A stretch of DNA of 62,839 bases, filler included. It is 7 parts of 7 records of this genome, joined end to end, with 100 filler letters (N's around TTAATTAATTAA, not from the genome) between each part and the next. Parts side by side here need not be neighbours in the genome. Positions count along the whole stretch, not along the records: positions 23,951 to 32,590 come from SRR31156797_29943; positions 32,691 to 51,324 come from SRR31156797_29958; 5 more parts are not named here. One strand, 5' to 3'. The position numbers were made by a program, and so were the translations under genes. Positions 29,733 through 42,182 of this stretch are shown one piece after another. Numbering within the stretch: the stretch's first letter is position 1; the number at the start of each line of letters is the position of its first letter. The notes beneath the pieces are model-generated. The model was not told where the DNA came from, did no database searches, and worked only from the letters and a program-made list of their open reading frames with translations.

Positions 29733-30899
29733 ATGAGCAAGATTATTTGGGGAATTTTAGTTGCAGCAATTTTGTTGGTTTCATGCAAACCTGAAGAGAT
29801 TATTTTAAAGCCTTATGTGAAATTGAAAGAAAGTAATGCATCACAATTGAGTTACTACTTACCCAAAAATGCTTATCATGTGCAGGTCAAAGTCATACGA
29901 ACCCAACAATTTAAAGGTCCTTTCTCTGATTATGCAGATAAGTACCTGGGATTAAAAGACCATGTCATTCGACTTGACAAGACAACTTATAAACTAAATG
30001 ACGTAAAACTTGATCTTTTAACTTTTACAGATGGTGGTGAACAGTATTTTGTACATATTGACGGCTCAAAGCATGTGCCTATTCAATTAACTACCATGGG
30101 AACATTGGCAGGAATCAATAGTAATATTGATGCGGATATTGCCATTCCTGAAATGAATAATGAGATACCCAATAAACCGGATTTTGCATTTACAGACATT
30201 TCCATTCACCCTATAGTTGATATTACTGAGGAAGTCAATTACGAATACAAGAGAATTGACTCTGCACTTGTGAGAGTGCCAGTCAGAAAAGAAACTACCA
30301 TTATAAAAAGCTTTCAGGAACTAGCGTGGTCAGCAGCTAAGTTTATAGCAACCTTACGAGAGAATAGGTTTAGACTACTTGCCGGCGTGCTCGAAACGGA
30401 AAAAGTACCGGAAAAAGTCGATGAAAGAGTTCAAGAACTTAATAAACTCGAAAGAAATTACCTGGAGCTATTTATAGGACATACCATTGTGGACACACTA
30501 GTTTACAATTACATTTACGAACCTGAAAAACAAAACTTTGATAACGCCTCCAAAATACTTTGCTACTTCACTGAAAACGAAGGTGTAAAACCATCGAAAA
30601 ACGATGATAACCCAAATCTTTTATATGGTACTCCGGTTACCGTTAAACTTACACCTGCCATACTACCCGATGTGCAAAAAAGGGAAGATATGGAGAAAAT
30701 TGAACCTCTAGGATTAATCTATAGAATCCCTGCCCAGGCAAAAGCTACCATTCAATTAAACGGAAAGATATTACTAACTCAGATTATCCCGGTAGCACAA
30801 TGGGGAAGTTATTCATACTTACCTGCCGAATTACTTTACGACAACAAAACCATTGAATTTGATATCAATACAGGTGGGTTATTAAAAATAAGCGAGTAA
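29733..30899 (+). CDS. Bacteroidota lipoprotein, DUF4831-like
   Basis: Lipobox LVS-C; YYLPK, GPFSDYADKYLG, YLELFIG, YRIPAQA, QWG. Confidence 0.7.
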   Translation: MSKIIWGILVAAILLVSCKPEEIILKPYVKLKESNASQLSYYLPKNAYHVQVKVIRTQQFKGPFSDYADKYLGLKDHVIRLDKTTYKLNDVKLDLLTFTDGGEQYFVHIDGSKHVPIQLTTMGTLAGINSNIDADIAIPEMNNEIPNKPDFAFTDISIHPIVDITEEVNYEYKRIDSALVRVPVRKETTIIKSFQELAWSAAKFIATLRENRFRLLAGVLETEKVPEKVDERVQELNKLERNYLELFIGHTIVDTLVYNYIYEPEKQNFDNASKILCYFTENEGVKPSKNDDNPNLLYGTPVTVKLTPAILPDVQKREDMEKIEPLGLIYRIPAQAKATIQLNGKILLTQIIPVAQWGSYSYLPAELLYDNKTIEFDINTGGLLKISE

Positions 30900-30942
30900 A
30901 CTTTAGTTTACCCGCTTAATCTCTATATTATTTATCAATTAT

Positions 30943-32590
30943 CTATTTTGCAGAATTGACTGTAAATGTTTTAATATCAGTTGTGGCATCAATTGTGAAA
31001 ATTATATTTACAATTTGATCTGTAGTTGTAGCAAAATTGCCGCCATCATGTTCAATGATATTCCCGGCAGCATCTCCTTCAATTACTGTATTATGATATC
31101 CAAAATTCAATCCGGACCATGTATACGCTTCCCTGATTTTAAATCCACCTGTAGCAATTAAACTCACATTATCCCACGACCACGTATATAAGTCTCCATC
31201 AACTACTGGTGCATGTGGCTCCCAGTCAGTTTCCCATCCAAGTGAGTTGCCATCAATATCAATTGCCTCACCAATTAACGCTAATTCGGTGTTTTCATAA
31301 CCTAACTCAACATCAGCAATTTTTACTTTCGTTTCGGTATATTCCTTGGAGTTTTTATCCCATAATAACTCTATATCGTAATAGCCGACTTGATATATAT
31401 TGAAATTAGATTCTCCAGGAAGTATTTGATCTCCATCAGTTCCTAAGTTTGTATTGATTTTGATATGATTCTCAGGATTTGGATCTGTAACATCAATTTC
31501 AATTCTCCAACCTCCATTATAAAGATATTTATATTCACCAGGTGTCAATAATATACTATCAAATACATATTTTGCTGAATCTAAACTAAATCCTTGATAA
31601 ATCATCGCTGTATCACTATTCCAATCATCTTGTGTTGGTTGACCAATCATTCCCCAATTTACTTTTGCCAAAACAACTCTATTTAATTCTTCATCATAAA
31701 CTACATGATAAAGACCGGTATCAGGCACCTGAAACATTTCAGGTGTTTCCAAAGCTGATCCTCTATAAAAAGTGCCTGATTCAGGCTCATCAGCTGCAGG
31801 ATTTACAACTAACTGAAAATCAGATGAAGGTCCATGCACAATTTCATTTGAATTAACTACCTCAACAATGTTAAATCCTGTATTACCTTTAAGGGTAATA
31901 TAAAGTTCATGTAATTGTTGTCTTTCGGTTTGATCAACCGCATTAATCGCCGTGGTCATTCTGTAGTATCCTTCATACAGTGACTCCTCTATTGCTGGGC
32001 CTACTATATAAAATCCATCAATAAGATTTGATGAATTATTAACTGTAAAAGTACATGTATTAGTCAAAGCATCAATAGTAAATATAATGTTTACCTCTTG
32101 ATCAACAATTGAAGTAAAATTACCACCTCCAATTGATTGAAAATAACTAGCGGCATTTCCAGCCATCGTTACGTCATGATACCCAAAAGAATAACCATTC
32201 CAATCCTGACCTTCTCTTATTTTAAATGAACCCTCTGTTGTTACACCAACATTCTCCCATGACCATGTAAATATACTTCCATCTACATCAGGATCATGAA
32301 GATATGCTCCTGAATCCCAATTCCATTGATAACCATCAAAAATTAATCCATCACCAATTAATCCCAGCTCTACGTCAGAATAATCATAAAAATCTCCTAC
32401 TTTAATGAGTTCTTCTATAAATTTATGATTTGCCTTGTCCCAGATTAATTTCACGTTATACACACCAGGATCATCAATACTTATATTTGCTCCACCTGGA
32501 AATAAATTGCCTCCATAACCACCAAGATTAGTATTAATTTTTATATGATCATCCCAATTTGAATCAGTTGTATCAATTTCAATTTTCCAA
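30943..32590 (-). CDS. SusE/SusF-like carbohydrate-binding surface protein with internal ~360-aa duplication, 5' truncated
   Basis: WGMIG...W, GEYKY, KINTNLG, FKIRE motifs; frame open to contig end (WKIEIDTTDSNWDDHIKINTNLG...). Confidence 0.7.
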
Positions 32591-32690
32591 NNNNNNNNNN
32601 NNNNNNNNNNNNNNNNNNNNNNNNNNNNNNNNNNTTAATTAATTAANNNNNNNNNNNNNNNNNNNNNNNNNNNNNNNNNNNNNNNNNNNN
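32591..32690. other. Artificial contig spacer
   Basis: N-run with TTAATTAATTAA. Confidence 0.98.
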
Positions 32691-32719
32691 CGTCGGTTCA
32701 AATCCGGCCCCCGCAACCA
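32691..32719 (+). tRNA. 3' fragment of initiator tRNA-Met (metY position)
   Basis: CGTCGGTTCAAATCCGGCCCCCGCAACCA is the T-arm, acceptor 3' strand and CCA of tRNA-fMet; conserved position upstream of rimP-nusA-infB. Confidence 0.9.
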
Positions 32720-32821
32720 ATCTCTTTTTAGTCTTTAGTAGACAGAGCGTTGGTGCAAGTTTGGCAGTGTTAACCTCACTGCAGTTGAGAAGAAATTCTC
32801 AATTTATCAGGGTCCAGCAGC

Positions 32822-32847
32822 AAAAACCCCGACTTTCGGGGTTTTTT
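32822..32847 (+). terminator. Terminator downstream of tRNA-fMet
   Basis: AAAACCCCGA-CTT-TCGGGGTTTTTT. Confidence 0.85.
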
Positions 32848-32898
32848 GTTATTTGAATTTATCAATAGATGATTCGAATACTTTGCTTGGAATTTAAA

Positions 32899-32925
32899 TT
32901 GGGCTCTATGCCCTTTTTTTGTTTC
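32899..32925 (+). promoter_or_regulatory. rimP leader (short GGGC...GCCC terminator-like hairpin)
   Basis: GGGCTCTATGCCC followed by a T-tract just before the rimP SD, as in the gammaproteobacterial rimP leader. Confidence 0.75.
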
Positions 32926-32938
32926 TGGAGTGGTTTAA

Positions 32939-33394
32939 ATGACTGGTTTAGAAAGACAACTTACTGAAATGCTTGAGTCGCCTGTTGCGGCATCTGGCTA
33001 TGAGTTGGTTGGACTAGAGTTTGTTCGTGCAGGACAACACTCAACACTACGTATCTACATTGATCATGAAAACGGTATTACGGTTGATGATTGTGCAGAA
33101 GTAAGTCGTCAAGTAAGTGCCGTAATGGATGTTGAAGATCCTATTACCGTCGCTTACAACTTAGAAGTGTCTTCTCCAGGTTTGGAAAGACCACTCTTCA
33201 AAGCTGCACATTATGATCAATTTATCGGTCACGAGGTCAACATCGTTTTGAAAATGGCTGTAGCAAATCGTCGTAAATGGAAAGGTATCATCCACTCTGT
33301 AGAGGGTGAAACTGTGACTTTAACTGTCGATGGTCAAGAAGAAAGCTTTGCTATTAGTAACATTTCAAAAGCTAACCTTATCCCTAAATTTTAG
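32939..33394 (+). CDS. rimP: Ribosome maturation factor RimP
   Basis: [31 protein letters not shown]. Confidence 0.97.
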   Translation: MTGLERQLTEMLESPVAASGYELVGLEFVRAGQHSTLRIYIDHENGITVDDCAEVSRQVSAVMDVEDPITVAYNLEVSSPGLERPLFKAAHYDQFIGHEVNIVLKMAVANRRKWKGIIHSVEGETVTLTVDGQEESFAISNISKANLIPKF

Positions 33395-33429
33395 TTCTCC
33401 TAGAGAAAAGAGCTTAAGAGGCTATAACA

Positions 33430-34917
33430 ATGAGTAAAGAAATTTTAGCGGTTGTAGAGGCTGTTTCGAATGAGAAAGCAGTACCTCGTGAGCGTATCTT
33501 TGAAGCGCTTGAAATTGCGCTAGCAACATCAACAAAAAAGAAATACGAAATTGACGTAGAAGTTCGTGTTGCTATTGACCGTAAAACCGGTGAGTTTGAT
33601 ACTTTCCGTCGTTGGTTGGTTGTTGACGAAGTTGAAAACTCGACAAAAGAGATGTCTTTAGAAGCTGCATCGTATGATGACGATTCAGTTGTATTAGGCG
33701 ATTACTACGAAGAAGAAATCGAATCAGTAACGTTTGACCGTATTACGACTCAAACGGCTAAGCAAGTTATCGTACAAAAAGTACGTGAAGCTGAGCGCGC
33801 ACAAATCGTAGAGCAGTTCATCGATAACGAAGGTGAGCTTGTGACAGGTGTGGTTAAGAAAGTTAACCGTGAAACGATTATCCTAGACTTAGGTAACAAC
33901 GCTGAGGCGGTCATTCTACGTGAAGACCAACTTCCACGTGAAAACTTCCGCCCGGGTGACCGCGTACGTGGTCTGCTCTATAAAGTTGCACCAGAAGCTC
34001 GTGGTTTCCAACTATTCGTAACTCGTTCTAAGCCTGAAATGTTGGCTGAACTGTTCCGCGTAGAAGTGCCAGAAATTGGCGAAGAGATGATCGAACTGAA
34101 AGGTGCCGCACGCGATCCTGGTTCACGTGCTAAAATCGCAGTGAAAACAAATGACCGTCGTATCGACCCTGTTGGTGCGTGTGTTGGTATGCGTGGTGCA
34201 CGTGTACAAGCTGTATCTAGCGAGCTTGGTGGTGAACGTATTGATATCGTGCTTTGGGATGATAACCCAGCGCAATTCGTTATCAATGCAATGGCACCAG
34301 CAGATGTTGCATCTATCATTGTTGACGAAGATGCACACGCAATGGATATCGCTGTAGAAGCGGATAACCTAGCGCAAGCTATCGGCCGTAACGGTCAAAA
34401 CGTTCGTCTAGCGTCTCAACTTTCAGGTTGGGAACTGAACGTAATGACAGTTGAAGATCTACAGAAGAAGCACCAAGAAGAATCAATGGCCGCTATCGAG
34501 AACTTCATGAAGTACCTTGATATCGAGCAAGATTTTGCTGAGCTATTGGTTGAGGAAGGTTTCTCTACATTAGAAGAAATCGCGTATGTTCCAGTTAACG
34601 AATTACTTGAAGTTGACGGTCTGGATGAAGACCTAGTGGAAGAACTACGCGGCCGTGCAAAAGATGCATTAACTACAATTGCATTAGCACAAGAAGAATC
34701 GTTCGAAGGACTTGAGCCAGCCGAAGATCTACTTTCTCTTGAAGGTCTAGAGCGTGATATGGCATTTAAACTTGCAGCTAAAGGTGTAATTACACTGGAA
34801 GATCTAGCTGATCAAGGTATCGACGATCTTGAAGGTATAGACGGTCTGACCGAAGAACGTGCTGGCGAGCTAATCATGGCAGCACGCAACATTTGTTGGT
34901 TCGGTGAAGACGCATAA
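33430..34917 (+). CDS. nusA: Transcription factor NusA
   Basis: S1/KH domains, [27 protein letters not shown] domains. Confidence 0.98.
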   Translation: MSKEILAVVEAVSNEKAVPRERIFEALEIALATSTKKKYEIDVEVRVAIDRKTGEFDTFRRWLVVDEVENSTKEMSLEAASYDDDSVVLGDYYEEEIESVTFDRITTQTAKQVIVQKVREAERAQIVEQFIDNEGELVTGVVKKVNRETIILDLGNNAEAVILREDQLPRENFRPGDRVRGLLYKVAPEARGFQLFVTRSKPEMLAELFRVEVPEIGEEMIELKGAARDPGSRAKIAVKTNDRRIDPVGACVGMRGARVQAVSSELGGERIDIVLWDDNPAQFVINAMAPADVASIIVDEDAHAMDIAVEADNLAQAIGRNGQNVRLASQLSGWELNVMTVEDLQKKHQEESMAAIENFMKYLDIEQDFAELLVEEGFSTLEEIAYVPVNELLEVDGLDEDLVEELRGRAKDALTTIALAQEESFEGLEPAEDLLSLEGLERDMAFKLAAKGVITLEDLADQGIDDLEGIDGLTEERAGELIMAARNICWFGEDA

Positions 34918-34940
34918 ATTCAGCAAGGGGAGGAAGCGGC

Positions 34941-37655
34941 ATGACACAACTTACAGTTACAGCACTGAGTGAAGAAATTGGTACTCCAGTTGACCGCTTA
35001 TTAGAACAACTTGCTGACGCAGGCATGAAAAAAACGAGTTCAGATAACGTATCAGATGATGAAAAGAACCAGCTTCTTAATCACTTACGTAAAGAACACG
35101 GAGAAGGCTCTTCATCTGAGCCTACTCGTTTAACGCTTCAGCGTAAAACCCGCAGTACACTTAGCGTAAATGCAGGTGGCGGTAAAAGTAAGAATGTTCA
35201 GGTTGAAGTGCGCAAAAAACGTACGTATGTTAAGCGCAGTACAGTTGAAGATGAAGCAAAACGTGAAGCAGAAGAAGCTGCTCAACGTGAAGCTGAAGAA
35301 TTAGCGAAACGCGAAGCTGAAGAAGCTGCAAAACGTGAAGCCGAGGCGCAAGCTCAAGCGAAACGTGAAGCAGAAGAAAAAGCGAAGCGTGAAGCGGAAG
35401 AAAAAGCGAAACGCGAAGCGGAAGAACAAGCGAAGCGTGAAGCACAGGGTGGGGCGAAAGATGAACGTTCTGCTGAAGAGAAAACTAAGCAAGAAGCAGC
35501 GCGAAAAGAAGCCGAAGCACTGAAGCGTCGTCAGGAAGAAGAAGCTAAGCGAAAAGCTGAAGAAGAGAGTCTTCGTCAGCTTGAGAAAGCACGTGAATTG
35601 GCTGAACAGAATAAAGAACGTTGGTCTGCTGAAGAAGAGAAAAAAGGTAAAATGGAAGAGAATACAGATTACCATGTAACCACTTCGAGCTATGCTCGAG
35701 CGGCTGAAGATGAAGCAGACCGTCGTGAAGAAGGTAACGGCCACCGCCGTTCTTCAACGAAAGCGAAAAAGACAAAAATGTCTAAGCGTGACGATAAGCA
35801 AGAGCGTAACACTAACCGTGGCGGCAGAGGTCGTAAAGCTGGCAGAATTGCTAAGCCTTCATCAATGCAGCACGGTTTTGATAAGAGCGCGGTTGTTGCG
35901 AAATCAGACGTTGTTATCGGCGAAACTATCGTAGTATCTGAACTGGCAAGCAAAATGTCAGTGAAAGGCACTGAAGTCATCAAAGTGATGATGAAGATGG
36001 GTGCAATGGCGACGATCAACCAAGTGATCGACCAAGAAACAGCACAACTTGTTGCTGAAGAAATGGGCCACAAGGTTATTCTTCGTAAAGAGAACGAACT
36101 TGAAGAAGCGGTAATGCAAGACCGTGATAACGAGTTTGAAAAAGTATCTCGCGCACCAGTTGTTACTATCATGGGTCACGTTGACCATGGTAAAACTTCA
36201 ACGCTGGACTACATTCGTCGTACGCACGTTGCTTCAGGCGAAGCGGGTGGTATTACACAGCACATTGGTGCATACCACGTTGAAACTGATAACGGTATGA
36301 TCACGTTCCTTGATACTCCTGGACACGCGGCGTTTACGTCAATGCGTGCTCGTGGTGCTCAAGCGACAGATATCGTTGTTCTTGTTGTAGCTGCAGACGA
36401 TGGCGTAATGCCACAAACGGTTGAAGCTATCCAGCACGCGAAAGCGGCAGGTGTGCCTTTGATTATCGCTGTTAACAAGATCGATAAAGAAGATGCAAAC
36501 CCAGACAACGTTAAGAACGAGCTAGCTCAGTACGACGTTATTCCTGAAGAGTGGGGTGGTGAGAACATCTTCGTTCATATCTCTGCAAAACAGGGTACAA
36601 ACGTTGATTCACTACTAGAGTCTATTCTACTACAAGCTGAGGTCCTTGAACTGACAGCAGTGAAAGACGGCATGGCTACTGGTGTTGTAATTGAATCACG
36701 TCTAGATAAAGGTCGTGGTCCGGTTGCTACAGTACTTGTGCAGTCTGGTACGCTAAACAAAGGCGATATCGTTCTTTGTGGTCAAGAATACGGTCGTGTT
36801 CGTGCGATGCGCGATGAAATCGGTAACGAAGTTAACGAAGCTGGTCCGTCTATCCCTGTAGAGATCCTAGGTCTTTCGGGTGTGCCTGCGGCAGGTGACG
36901 AAGCAACAGTGGTACGTGATGAGCGTAAAGCACGTGAAGTTGCTAACTACCGTCAAGGTAAGTTCCGCGAAGTTAAACTAGCACGTCAGCAGAAATCTAA
37001 ACTAGAGAACATGTTCTCTAACATGACTGCTGGTGATGTTTCTGAACTGAACATCGTACTGAAAGCTGATGTACAGGGTTCTGTAGAAGCCATCTCTGAT
37101 TCATTAGTGAAGCTTTCGACTGAAGAAGTGAAAGTAAACATCGTAGGTTCAGGTGTTGGTGGTATTACGGAAACTGACGTAGTACTAGCTGCCGCATCAA
37201 ACGCTATCGTAGTTGGCTTTAACGTACGTGCAGATGCATCAGCTCGTCGTGCAGTTGAAGTTGAAAGTGTCGACCTTCGTTACTACTCAATCATTTACCA
37301 ATTGATTGATGAAGTGAAAGCGGCAATGAGCGGTATGCTTGCTCCAGAATTCAAGCAAGAGATCATTGGTCTTGCTGAAGTTCGTGACGTGTTTAAGTCT
37401 CCGAAACTGGGCGCAATCGCTGGTTGTATGGTTACTGAAGGCCTTATCAAGCGTAACGCTCCAATTCGTGTACTACGTGATAACGTGGTTATCTACGAAG
37501 GTGAACTTGAGTCACTACGTCGTTTCAAAGACGACATGCAAGAAGTTAAGAGCGGTTATGAGTGTGGTATCGGCGTTAAGAACTACAACGACGTTCGCGT
37601 AGGCGACCAAATCGAAGTATTCGAAACAGTCGAAATTAAACGTACCATCGATTAA
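34941..37655 (+). CDS. infB: Translation initiation factor IF-2
   Basis: KREAEE linker repeats, [17 protein letters not shown]. Confidence 0.98.
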   Translation: MTQLTVTALSEEIGTPVDRLLEQLADAGMKKTSSDNVSDDEKNQLLNHLRKEHGEGSSSEPTRLTLQRKTRSTLSVNAGGGKSKNVQVEVRKKRTYVKRSTVEDEAKREAEEAAQREAEELAKREAEEAAKREAEAQAQAKREAEEKAKREAEEKAKREAEEQAKREAQGGAKDERSAEEKTKQEAARKEAEALKRRQEEEAKRKAEEESLRQLEKARELAEQNKERWSAEEEKKGKMEENTDYHVTTSSYARAAEDEADRREEGNGHRRSSTKAKKTKMSKRDDKQERNTNRGGRGRKAGRIAKPSSMQHGFDKSAVVAKSDVVIGETIVVSELASKMSVKGTEVIKVMMKMGAMATINQVIDQETAQLVAEEMGHKVILRKENELEEAVMQDRDNEFEKVSRAPVVTIMGHVDHGKTSTLDYIRRTHVASGEAGGITQHIGAYHVETDNGMITFLDTPGHAAFTSMRARGAQATDIVVLVVAADDGVMPQTVEAIQHAKAAGVPLIIAVNKIDKEDANPDNVKNELAQYDVIPEEWGGENIFVHISAKQGTNVDSLLESILLQAEVLELTAVKDGMATGVVIESRLDKGRGPVATVLVQSGTLNKGDIVLCGQEYGRVRAMRDEIGNEVNEAGPSIPVEILGLSGVPAAGDEATVVRDERKAREVANYRQGKFREVKLARQQKSKLENMFSNMTAGDVSELNIVLKADVQGSVEAISDSLVKLSTEEVKVNIVGSGVGGITETDVVLAAASNAIVVGFNVRADASARRAVEVESVDLRYYSIIYQLIDEVKAAMSGMLAPEFKQEIIGLAEVRDVFKSPKLGAIAGCMVTEGLIKRNAPIRVLRDNVVIYEGELESLRRFKDDMQEVKSGYECGIGVKNYNDVRVGDQIEVFETVEIKRTID

Positions 37656-37804
37656 TTCGCTAAAATTAATGAATCTTCTCCTAGTGTGTACTAGACGTTA
37701 AGGTTCATTAATCAATAGTATTAACGGCAATGTTCGGTTGTTGAATACGCCATGGGGGACTGGTTTTATGCCATTCCCCCATTCTTTCTATTAGTGAGAA
37801 AATT

Positions 37805-38200
37805 ATGCCTAAAGAATTTAGCCGTACCCAGCGTGTGGCTCAGCAATTACAAAAAGAACTTGCGATGATTCTTCAACGTGAAGTTCGTGATTCTCGTCTA
37901 GGAATGGTGACCATTTCTGATGTGGAAGTTTCTCGTGACCTTGCTTACGCAAAAGTGTTTGTCACTTTCTTATGTGTGGGTGAGCAAACGCCAGACTCTT
38001 GTCTAAAAGCGCTACGTGAGCACGAAGCACATATTCGCATGATGCTTGGTAAGCGTATTCGCCTACGTTTAACGCCAGAAATTCGTTTCCATTACGACAG
38101 CACCTTAGTTGAAGGTATGCGTATGTCGAATCTTGTTTCTGAAGTGGTAAGCACTGATAAGCAAAAACAAAAAGAAGCAGGTCGAGAGGACGAGGAGTAA
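37805..38200 (+). CDS. rbfA: Ribosome-binding factor A
   Basis: [29 protein letters not shown]. Confidence 0.97.
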   Translation: MPKEFSRTQRVAQQLQKELAMILQREVRDSRLGMVTISDVEVSRDLAYAKVFVTFLCVGEQTPDSCLKALREHEAHIRMMLGKRIRLRLTPEIRFHYDSTLVEGMRMSNLVSEVVSTDKQKQKEAGREDEE

Positions 38201-39138
38201 TGGCTCGTCGTCGTAAAGGGCGTCCGATTAATGGTGTGGTACTGATTGATAAACCAACCGGTATTTCATCAAACGATACCCTGCAAAAAGTTAAACGTCT
38301 TTTCTTTGCTGAAAAAGCGGGTCATACCGGTGCGCTGGATCCACTTGCTACCGGTATGCTGCCAATCTGTTTGGGTGAAGCGACCAAGTTTTCCCAGTTC
38401 CTACTGGATTCTGATAAGCGCTATCGTGTGATTGCCAAGCTAGGTGAGCGTACTGACACATCAGATTCCGATGGGGAAGTGGTGCAAACGCGTGATGTGA
38501 ACGTTGACCGCGAAACCTTGATCAGCTGCATCGAAAAGTTCAGAGGTGAAACGGACCAGGTACCTTCAATGTTTTCTGCATTGAAATATCAAGGCCGCCC
38601 TCTGTATGAATATGCTCGTCAGGGCCTCGAAGTTCCTCGCGAAGCGCGCAAAATTACTGTCTATGATATCGAACTGCATCGTTTTGATAACGATGAAGTA
38701 GAGATGGAAGTTCACTGCTCAAAAGGCACTTACATCCGCACTATCGTTGATGACTTGGGTGAAATGCTTGGCTGTGGTGCGCACGTAACTATGCTACGTC
38801 GTACCGGTGTGGCGAAATACCCGTATGAAAATATGGTGACACTTGAGCAGCTTAACGACATGGTTGAGCAAGCCCACCGCGATGAACAGTCTCCTTACGA
38901 TGCGTTAGATGCTTTGTTGTTACCCATGGATACCGCAGTACAAGATTTACCAGAAGTAAACCTTGTTCCTGAGTTGGTTGATCTGGTGCAACATGGGCAA
39001 CCGGTTCAAGTATTTGGTGCACCGAGTGAAGGTATTATTCGTATGACTGGCGGCGAAGAACGTTTGTTCCTAGGCGTTGCAGAGATGAATGATGATGGCA
39101 AAGTAGCGCCAAAACGACTGGTTGTTTATCCGAAGTAA
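38200..39138 (+). CDS. truB: tRNA pseudouridine(55) synthase
   Basis: [32 protein letters not shown]. Confidence 0.97.
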   Translation: MARRRKGRPINGVVLIDKPTGISSNDTLQKVKRLFFAEKAGHTGALDPLATGMLPICLGEATKFSQFLLDSDKRYRVIAKLGERTDTSDSDGEVVQTRDVNVDRETLISCIEKFRGETDQVPSMFSALKYQGRPLYEYARQGLEVPREARKITVYDIELHRFDNDEVEMEVHCSKGTYIRTIVDDLGEMLGCGAHVTMLRRTGVAKYPYENMVTLEQLNDMVEQAHRDEQSPYDALDALLLPMDTAVQDLPEVNLVPELVDLVQHGQPVQVFGAPSEGIIRMTGGEERLFLGVAEMNDDGKVAPKRLVVYPK

Positions 39139-39189
39139 TCTTTCGAAATAGATCTTGTGTGGTTACAGGTTATTCCCTATAATCGCCGC

Positions 39190-39263
39190 TCTCGTGTCGG
39201 CTGAATCAGAGATTGGCTGGCACAAATATAAACTTAACTCTTTAGGAGAGAATTATGTCTCTG
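39190..39263 (+). promoter_or_regulatory. S15 (rpsO) autoregulatory leader / pseudoknot
   Basis: GTCGGCTGAATCAGAGATTGGC hairpin whose loop AGAGA is complementary to TCTCT just after the ATG. Confidence 0.8.
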
Positions 39264-39524
39264 AATGCAGAAACTAAAGCAGCAATCGTAGCAGAATACG
39301 CACGTGCTGAAGGCGATACTGGTTCACCAGAAGTTCAAGTAGCTCTACTTACAGCTTCTATCAACCACCTTCAAGGTCACTTTAAAGCTCACAAAGGCGA
39401 TCACCACAGCCGTCGTGGTCTTCTACGTATGGTTTCTAGCCGTCGTAAGCTTCTAGACTACCTAAAAGGTAAAGATCTAGATCGTTACCACGACCTAATC
39501 AAACGCCTAGGCCTACGTCGCTAA
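39255..39524 (+). CDS. rpsO: 30S ribosomal protein S15
   Basis: [27 protein letters not shown]. Confidence 0.99.
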   Translation: MSLNAETKAAIVAEYARAEGDTGSPEVQVALLTASINHLQGHFKAHKGDHHSRRGLLRMVSSRRKLLDYLKGKDLDRYHDLIKRLGLRR

Positions 39525-39550
39525 TCAGCGTCTGCCAAGCAGGTTTGAAG

Positions 39551-39577
39551 AAAAGGGGCTTTTAGCCCCTTTTTTTA
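39551..39577 (+). terminator. rpsO terminator
   Basis: AAAAGGGGCT-TTT-AGCCCCTTTT with T-tract. Confidence 0.85.
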
Positions 39578-39700
39578 TGTCTGTAAAAAGTCAAAATTAT
39601 GGGCTATCCCTACCTTAATTCCTTCCTGAAATTAGCATCTTGCTGCAAGCGGGTATATACTATGCGCGTCGAAATCCTTTGGTAGGATTAGGCGTTCAAA

Positions 39701-39830
39701 CTCACTACATTACAGTCAACCACGTCGACCAAACGGTCGCGGCTATTCAAAGCGTGTTTACTTGAAGCTTTCGAAGCCATGCTCTCGGAACAAAGCGCGT
39801 TTTCACTAGTCGCGATTCGTAATGTGTGAG
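39701..39830 (+). promoter_or_regulatory. pnp 5' leader long stem-loop (probable RNase III processing / autoregulation site)
   Basis: CTCACTACATTAC pairs with GTAATGTGTGAG, and inner GTCGCGGCTA pairs with TAGTCGCGAT; analogous position to the E. coli pnp leader. Confidence 0.6.
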
Positions 39831-39876
39831 ATTCATTTATTAAGTCTGAGTTTAGGCTCAGAGCAAGGATATTTAC

Positions 39877-42009
39877 ATGTTCGAAAAACCAGTTGTTAAA
39901 ACGTTTCAGTACGGCAACCACACGGTTACGCTTGAAACAGGTGTAATCGCACGTCAAGCAACAGCTGCAGTTATGGTTACTATGGATGACACCTCAGTAT
40001 TCGTTTCTGTTGTTGGTAAAAAAGAAGCGGTAGAAGGTCAAGACTTCTTCCCTCTAACTGTTAACTACCAAGAGCGTACCTACGCTGCGGGTAAAATCCC
40101 TGGTGGTTTCTTTAAGCGTGAAGGTCGTCCTTCTGAAGGTGAAACTCTGACTGCTCGTCTAATCGACCGTCCGATTCGCCCTCTATTCCCTGATGCATTC
40201 AAAAACGAAGTTCAAGTTATTGCGACAGTTGTTTCTGTTAACCCAGATGTACAACCAGATATCGTAACTATGATCGGTACATCAGCAGCGCTTGCTATTT
40301 CAGGTATTCCATTCAATGGTCCTATCGGTTCTGCGCGTGTTGGTCATATTGACGGTCAACTTGTTCTTAACCCAAGCAATACTGAACTTGCGACTTCTAA
40401 GCTAGACCTAGTTGTTGCGGGTACTGAGTCTGCGGTACTGATGGTTGAATCAGAAGCTGACAACTTAACTGAAGAAGAAATGCTTTCAGCGGTTGTTTAC
40501 GGCCACGACCAACAGCAAACCGTGATCAAGGCAATCAATGAATTCGCAGCCGAAGTTGCTACTCCAGCATGGGATTGGACAGCTCCTGTAGAAAACACAG
40601 AGCTTAAAGCGAAAATTGCTGAAATCGCAGAAGCGAAACTTGTTGAAGCTTACCAAATCACTGAAAAAATGGCGCGTTATGACCGTATCCACGAAATCAG
40701 TGCTGAAGTAAACGAGAAGCTACTTGCTGAAAATGAAGAGCTGAACCTAAAAGAAGTTCACACTATTTTCCACGACTTAGAAAAAGTGGTTGTACGTCGC
40801 AGCATCATCGCCGGTAACCCTCGTATCGATGGCCGTGAAAAAGACATGGTTCGTGCGCTAGACGTACGTACTGGTGTTCTTCCTCGTACACACGGTTCTT
40901 CACTATTCACTCGTGGTGAAACTCAGGCTTTAGTTACGGCAACTCTAGGTACTCAACGTGATGCGCAAATCATCGATGAGCTTACTGGTGAGAGAAAAGA
41001 TTATTTCCTACTACACTACAACTTCCCTCCATACTGTGTAGGTGAAACTGGTTTTGTAGGTTCTCCTAAGCGTCGTGAAATTGGCCACGGTAAACTGGCT
41101 AAGCGCGGTATTGCTGCTGTAATGCCTTCTGCTGATGAATTCCCGTATACAGTGCGTGTTGTTTCAGAAATCACTGAATCAAACGGTTCTTCTTCAATGG
41201 CTTCTGTATGTGGTACTTCTCTAGCTCTTATGGACGCTGGTGTGCCAATTAAGTCTTCTGTTGCGGGTATCGCAATGGGTCTTGTTAAAGAAGGCGACGA
41301 CTTCGTTGTTCTTTCAGACATTCTTGGTGACGAAGACCACCTTGGTGACATGGACTTTAAAGTAGCGGGTACTAACACTGGTATCACAGCTCTACAGATG
41401 GATATCAAAATCGAAGGTATCACTAAAGAGATCATGCAAATTGCTCTTAACCAAGCGCAAGGTGCTCGTAAGCACATCCTTTCTGTAATGGATGAAGCTA
41501 TCTCTGGTGCTCGTGACGATATTTCTCAGTTCGCTCCACGTATCCACACTATGAAGATCAGCGCTGATAAGATCAAAGACGTTATCGGTAAAGGTGGTGC
41601 AGTTATCCGTCAACTTACTGAAGAGACAGGTACAACGATCGAAATCGAAGATGACGGTACTATCAAGATTGCAGCAACTGACGGTGAGCAAGCGAAAGAT
41701 GCTATTCGTCGCATTGAGCAAATCACTGCTGAAGTTGAAGTTGGTAAGATCTACACCGGTAAAGTTGCTCGTCTAGCGGACTTCGGTGCGTTCGTAACTG
41801 TTCTTCCTGGTAAAGATGGTCTGGTACACATTTCTCAAATCGCTGACAAGCGTGTAGAGAAAGTATCTGATTACCTAACGGAAGGCCAAGAAGTTCAAGT
41901 TAAAGTACTTGAAATCGACCGCCAAGGTCGTGTTCGTCTGAGCATGAAAGAAGCGGTAGAAAAGCCAGCTGAAGAAGCGCCAGCATCTGACGCGCCAGCC
42001 GCTGAATAA
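39877..42009 (+). CDS. pnp: Polyribonucleotide nucleotidyltransferase
   Basis: [36 protein letters not shown] and S1 domains. Confidence 0.98.
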   Translation: MFEKPVVKTFQYGNHTVTLETGVIARQATAAVMVTMDDTSVFVSVVGKKEAVEGQDFFPLTVNYQERTYAAGKIPGGFFKREGRPSEGETLTARLIDRPIRPLFPDAFKNEVQVIATVVSVNPDVQPDIVTMIGTSAALAISGIPFNGPIGSARVGHIDGQLVLNPSNTELATSKLDLVVAGTESAVLMVESEADNLTEEEMLSAVVYGHDQQQTVIKAINEFAAEVATPAWDWTAPVENTELKAKIAEIAEAKLVEAYQITEKMARYDRIHEISAEVNEKLLAENEELNLKEVHTIFHDLEKVVVRRSIIAGNPRIDGREKDMVRALDVRTGVLPRTHGSSLFTRGETQALVTATLGTQRDAQIIDELTGERKDYFLLHYNFPPYCVGETGFVGSPKRREIGHGKLAKRGIAAVMPSADEFPYTVRVVSEITESNGSSSMASVCGTSLALMDAGVPIKSSVAGIAMGLVKEGDDFVVLSDILGDEDHLGDMDFKVAGTNTGITALQMDIKIEGITKEIMQIALNQAQGARKHILSVMDEAISGARDDISQFAPRIHTMKISADKIKDVIGKGGAVIRQLTEETGTTIEIEDDGTIKIAATDGEQAKDAIRRIEQITAEVEVGKIYTGKVARLADFGAFVTVLPGKDGLVHISQIADKRVEKVSDYLTEGQEVQVKVLEIDRQGRVRLSMKEAVEKPAEEAPASDAPAAE

Positions 42010-42019
42010 ATAAACTCTA

Positions 42020-42078
42020 TATACTCAAACAATTTGGAGTTGCAGCCAACACCGCTGTAGCTTCAAGTAGGAAGAGTA
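42020..42078. repeat. Internally deleted ERIC-like element
   Basis: TATACTCAAACAATTTGGAGTTGCAG joined to CCAACACCGCTGTAGCTTCAAGTAGGAAGAGTA resembles both termini of the ERIC consensus (from recall) without its central part. Confidence 0.7.
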
Positions 42079-42127
42079 AAAATGGAAATACGAACTGTTT
42101 TCGCATTTTCATTGTAAAGCGTGTTAT

Positions 42128-42156
42128 AAAGGGAGCGTCATTCGCTCCCTTTTTTT
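42128..42156 (+). terminator. pnp terminator
   Basis: AAAGGGAGCG-TCATT-CGCTCCCTTT with T-tract. Confidence 0.85.
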
Positions 42157-42182
42157 ATTTCGGGATACAGGAGTACCTATTT

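Noticed and set aside
35250-35570. Tandem KREAEE-coding repeats in infB
   Set aside because: Normal variable-length linker of gammaproteobacterial IF-2.
39688-39957. 89-aa ORF antisense to the pnp leader, or an sraG-like RNA
   Set aside because: No coding signal. An antisense sRNA exists at this position in enterobacteria but cannot be supported from this sequence alone.
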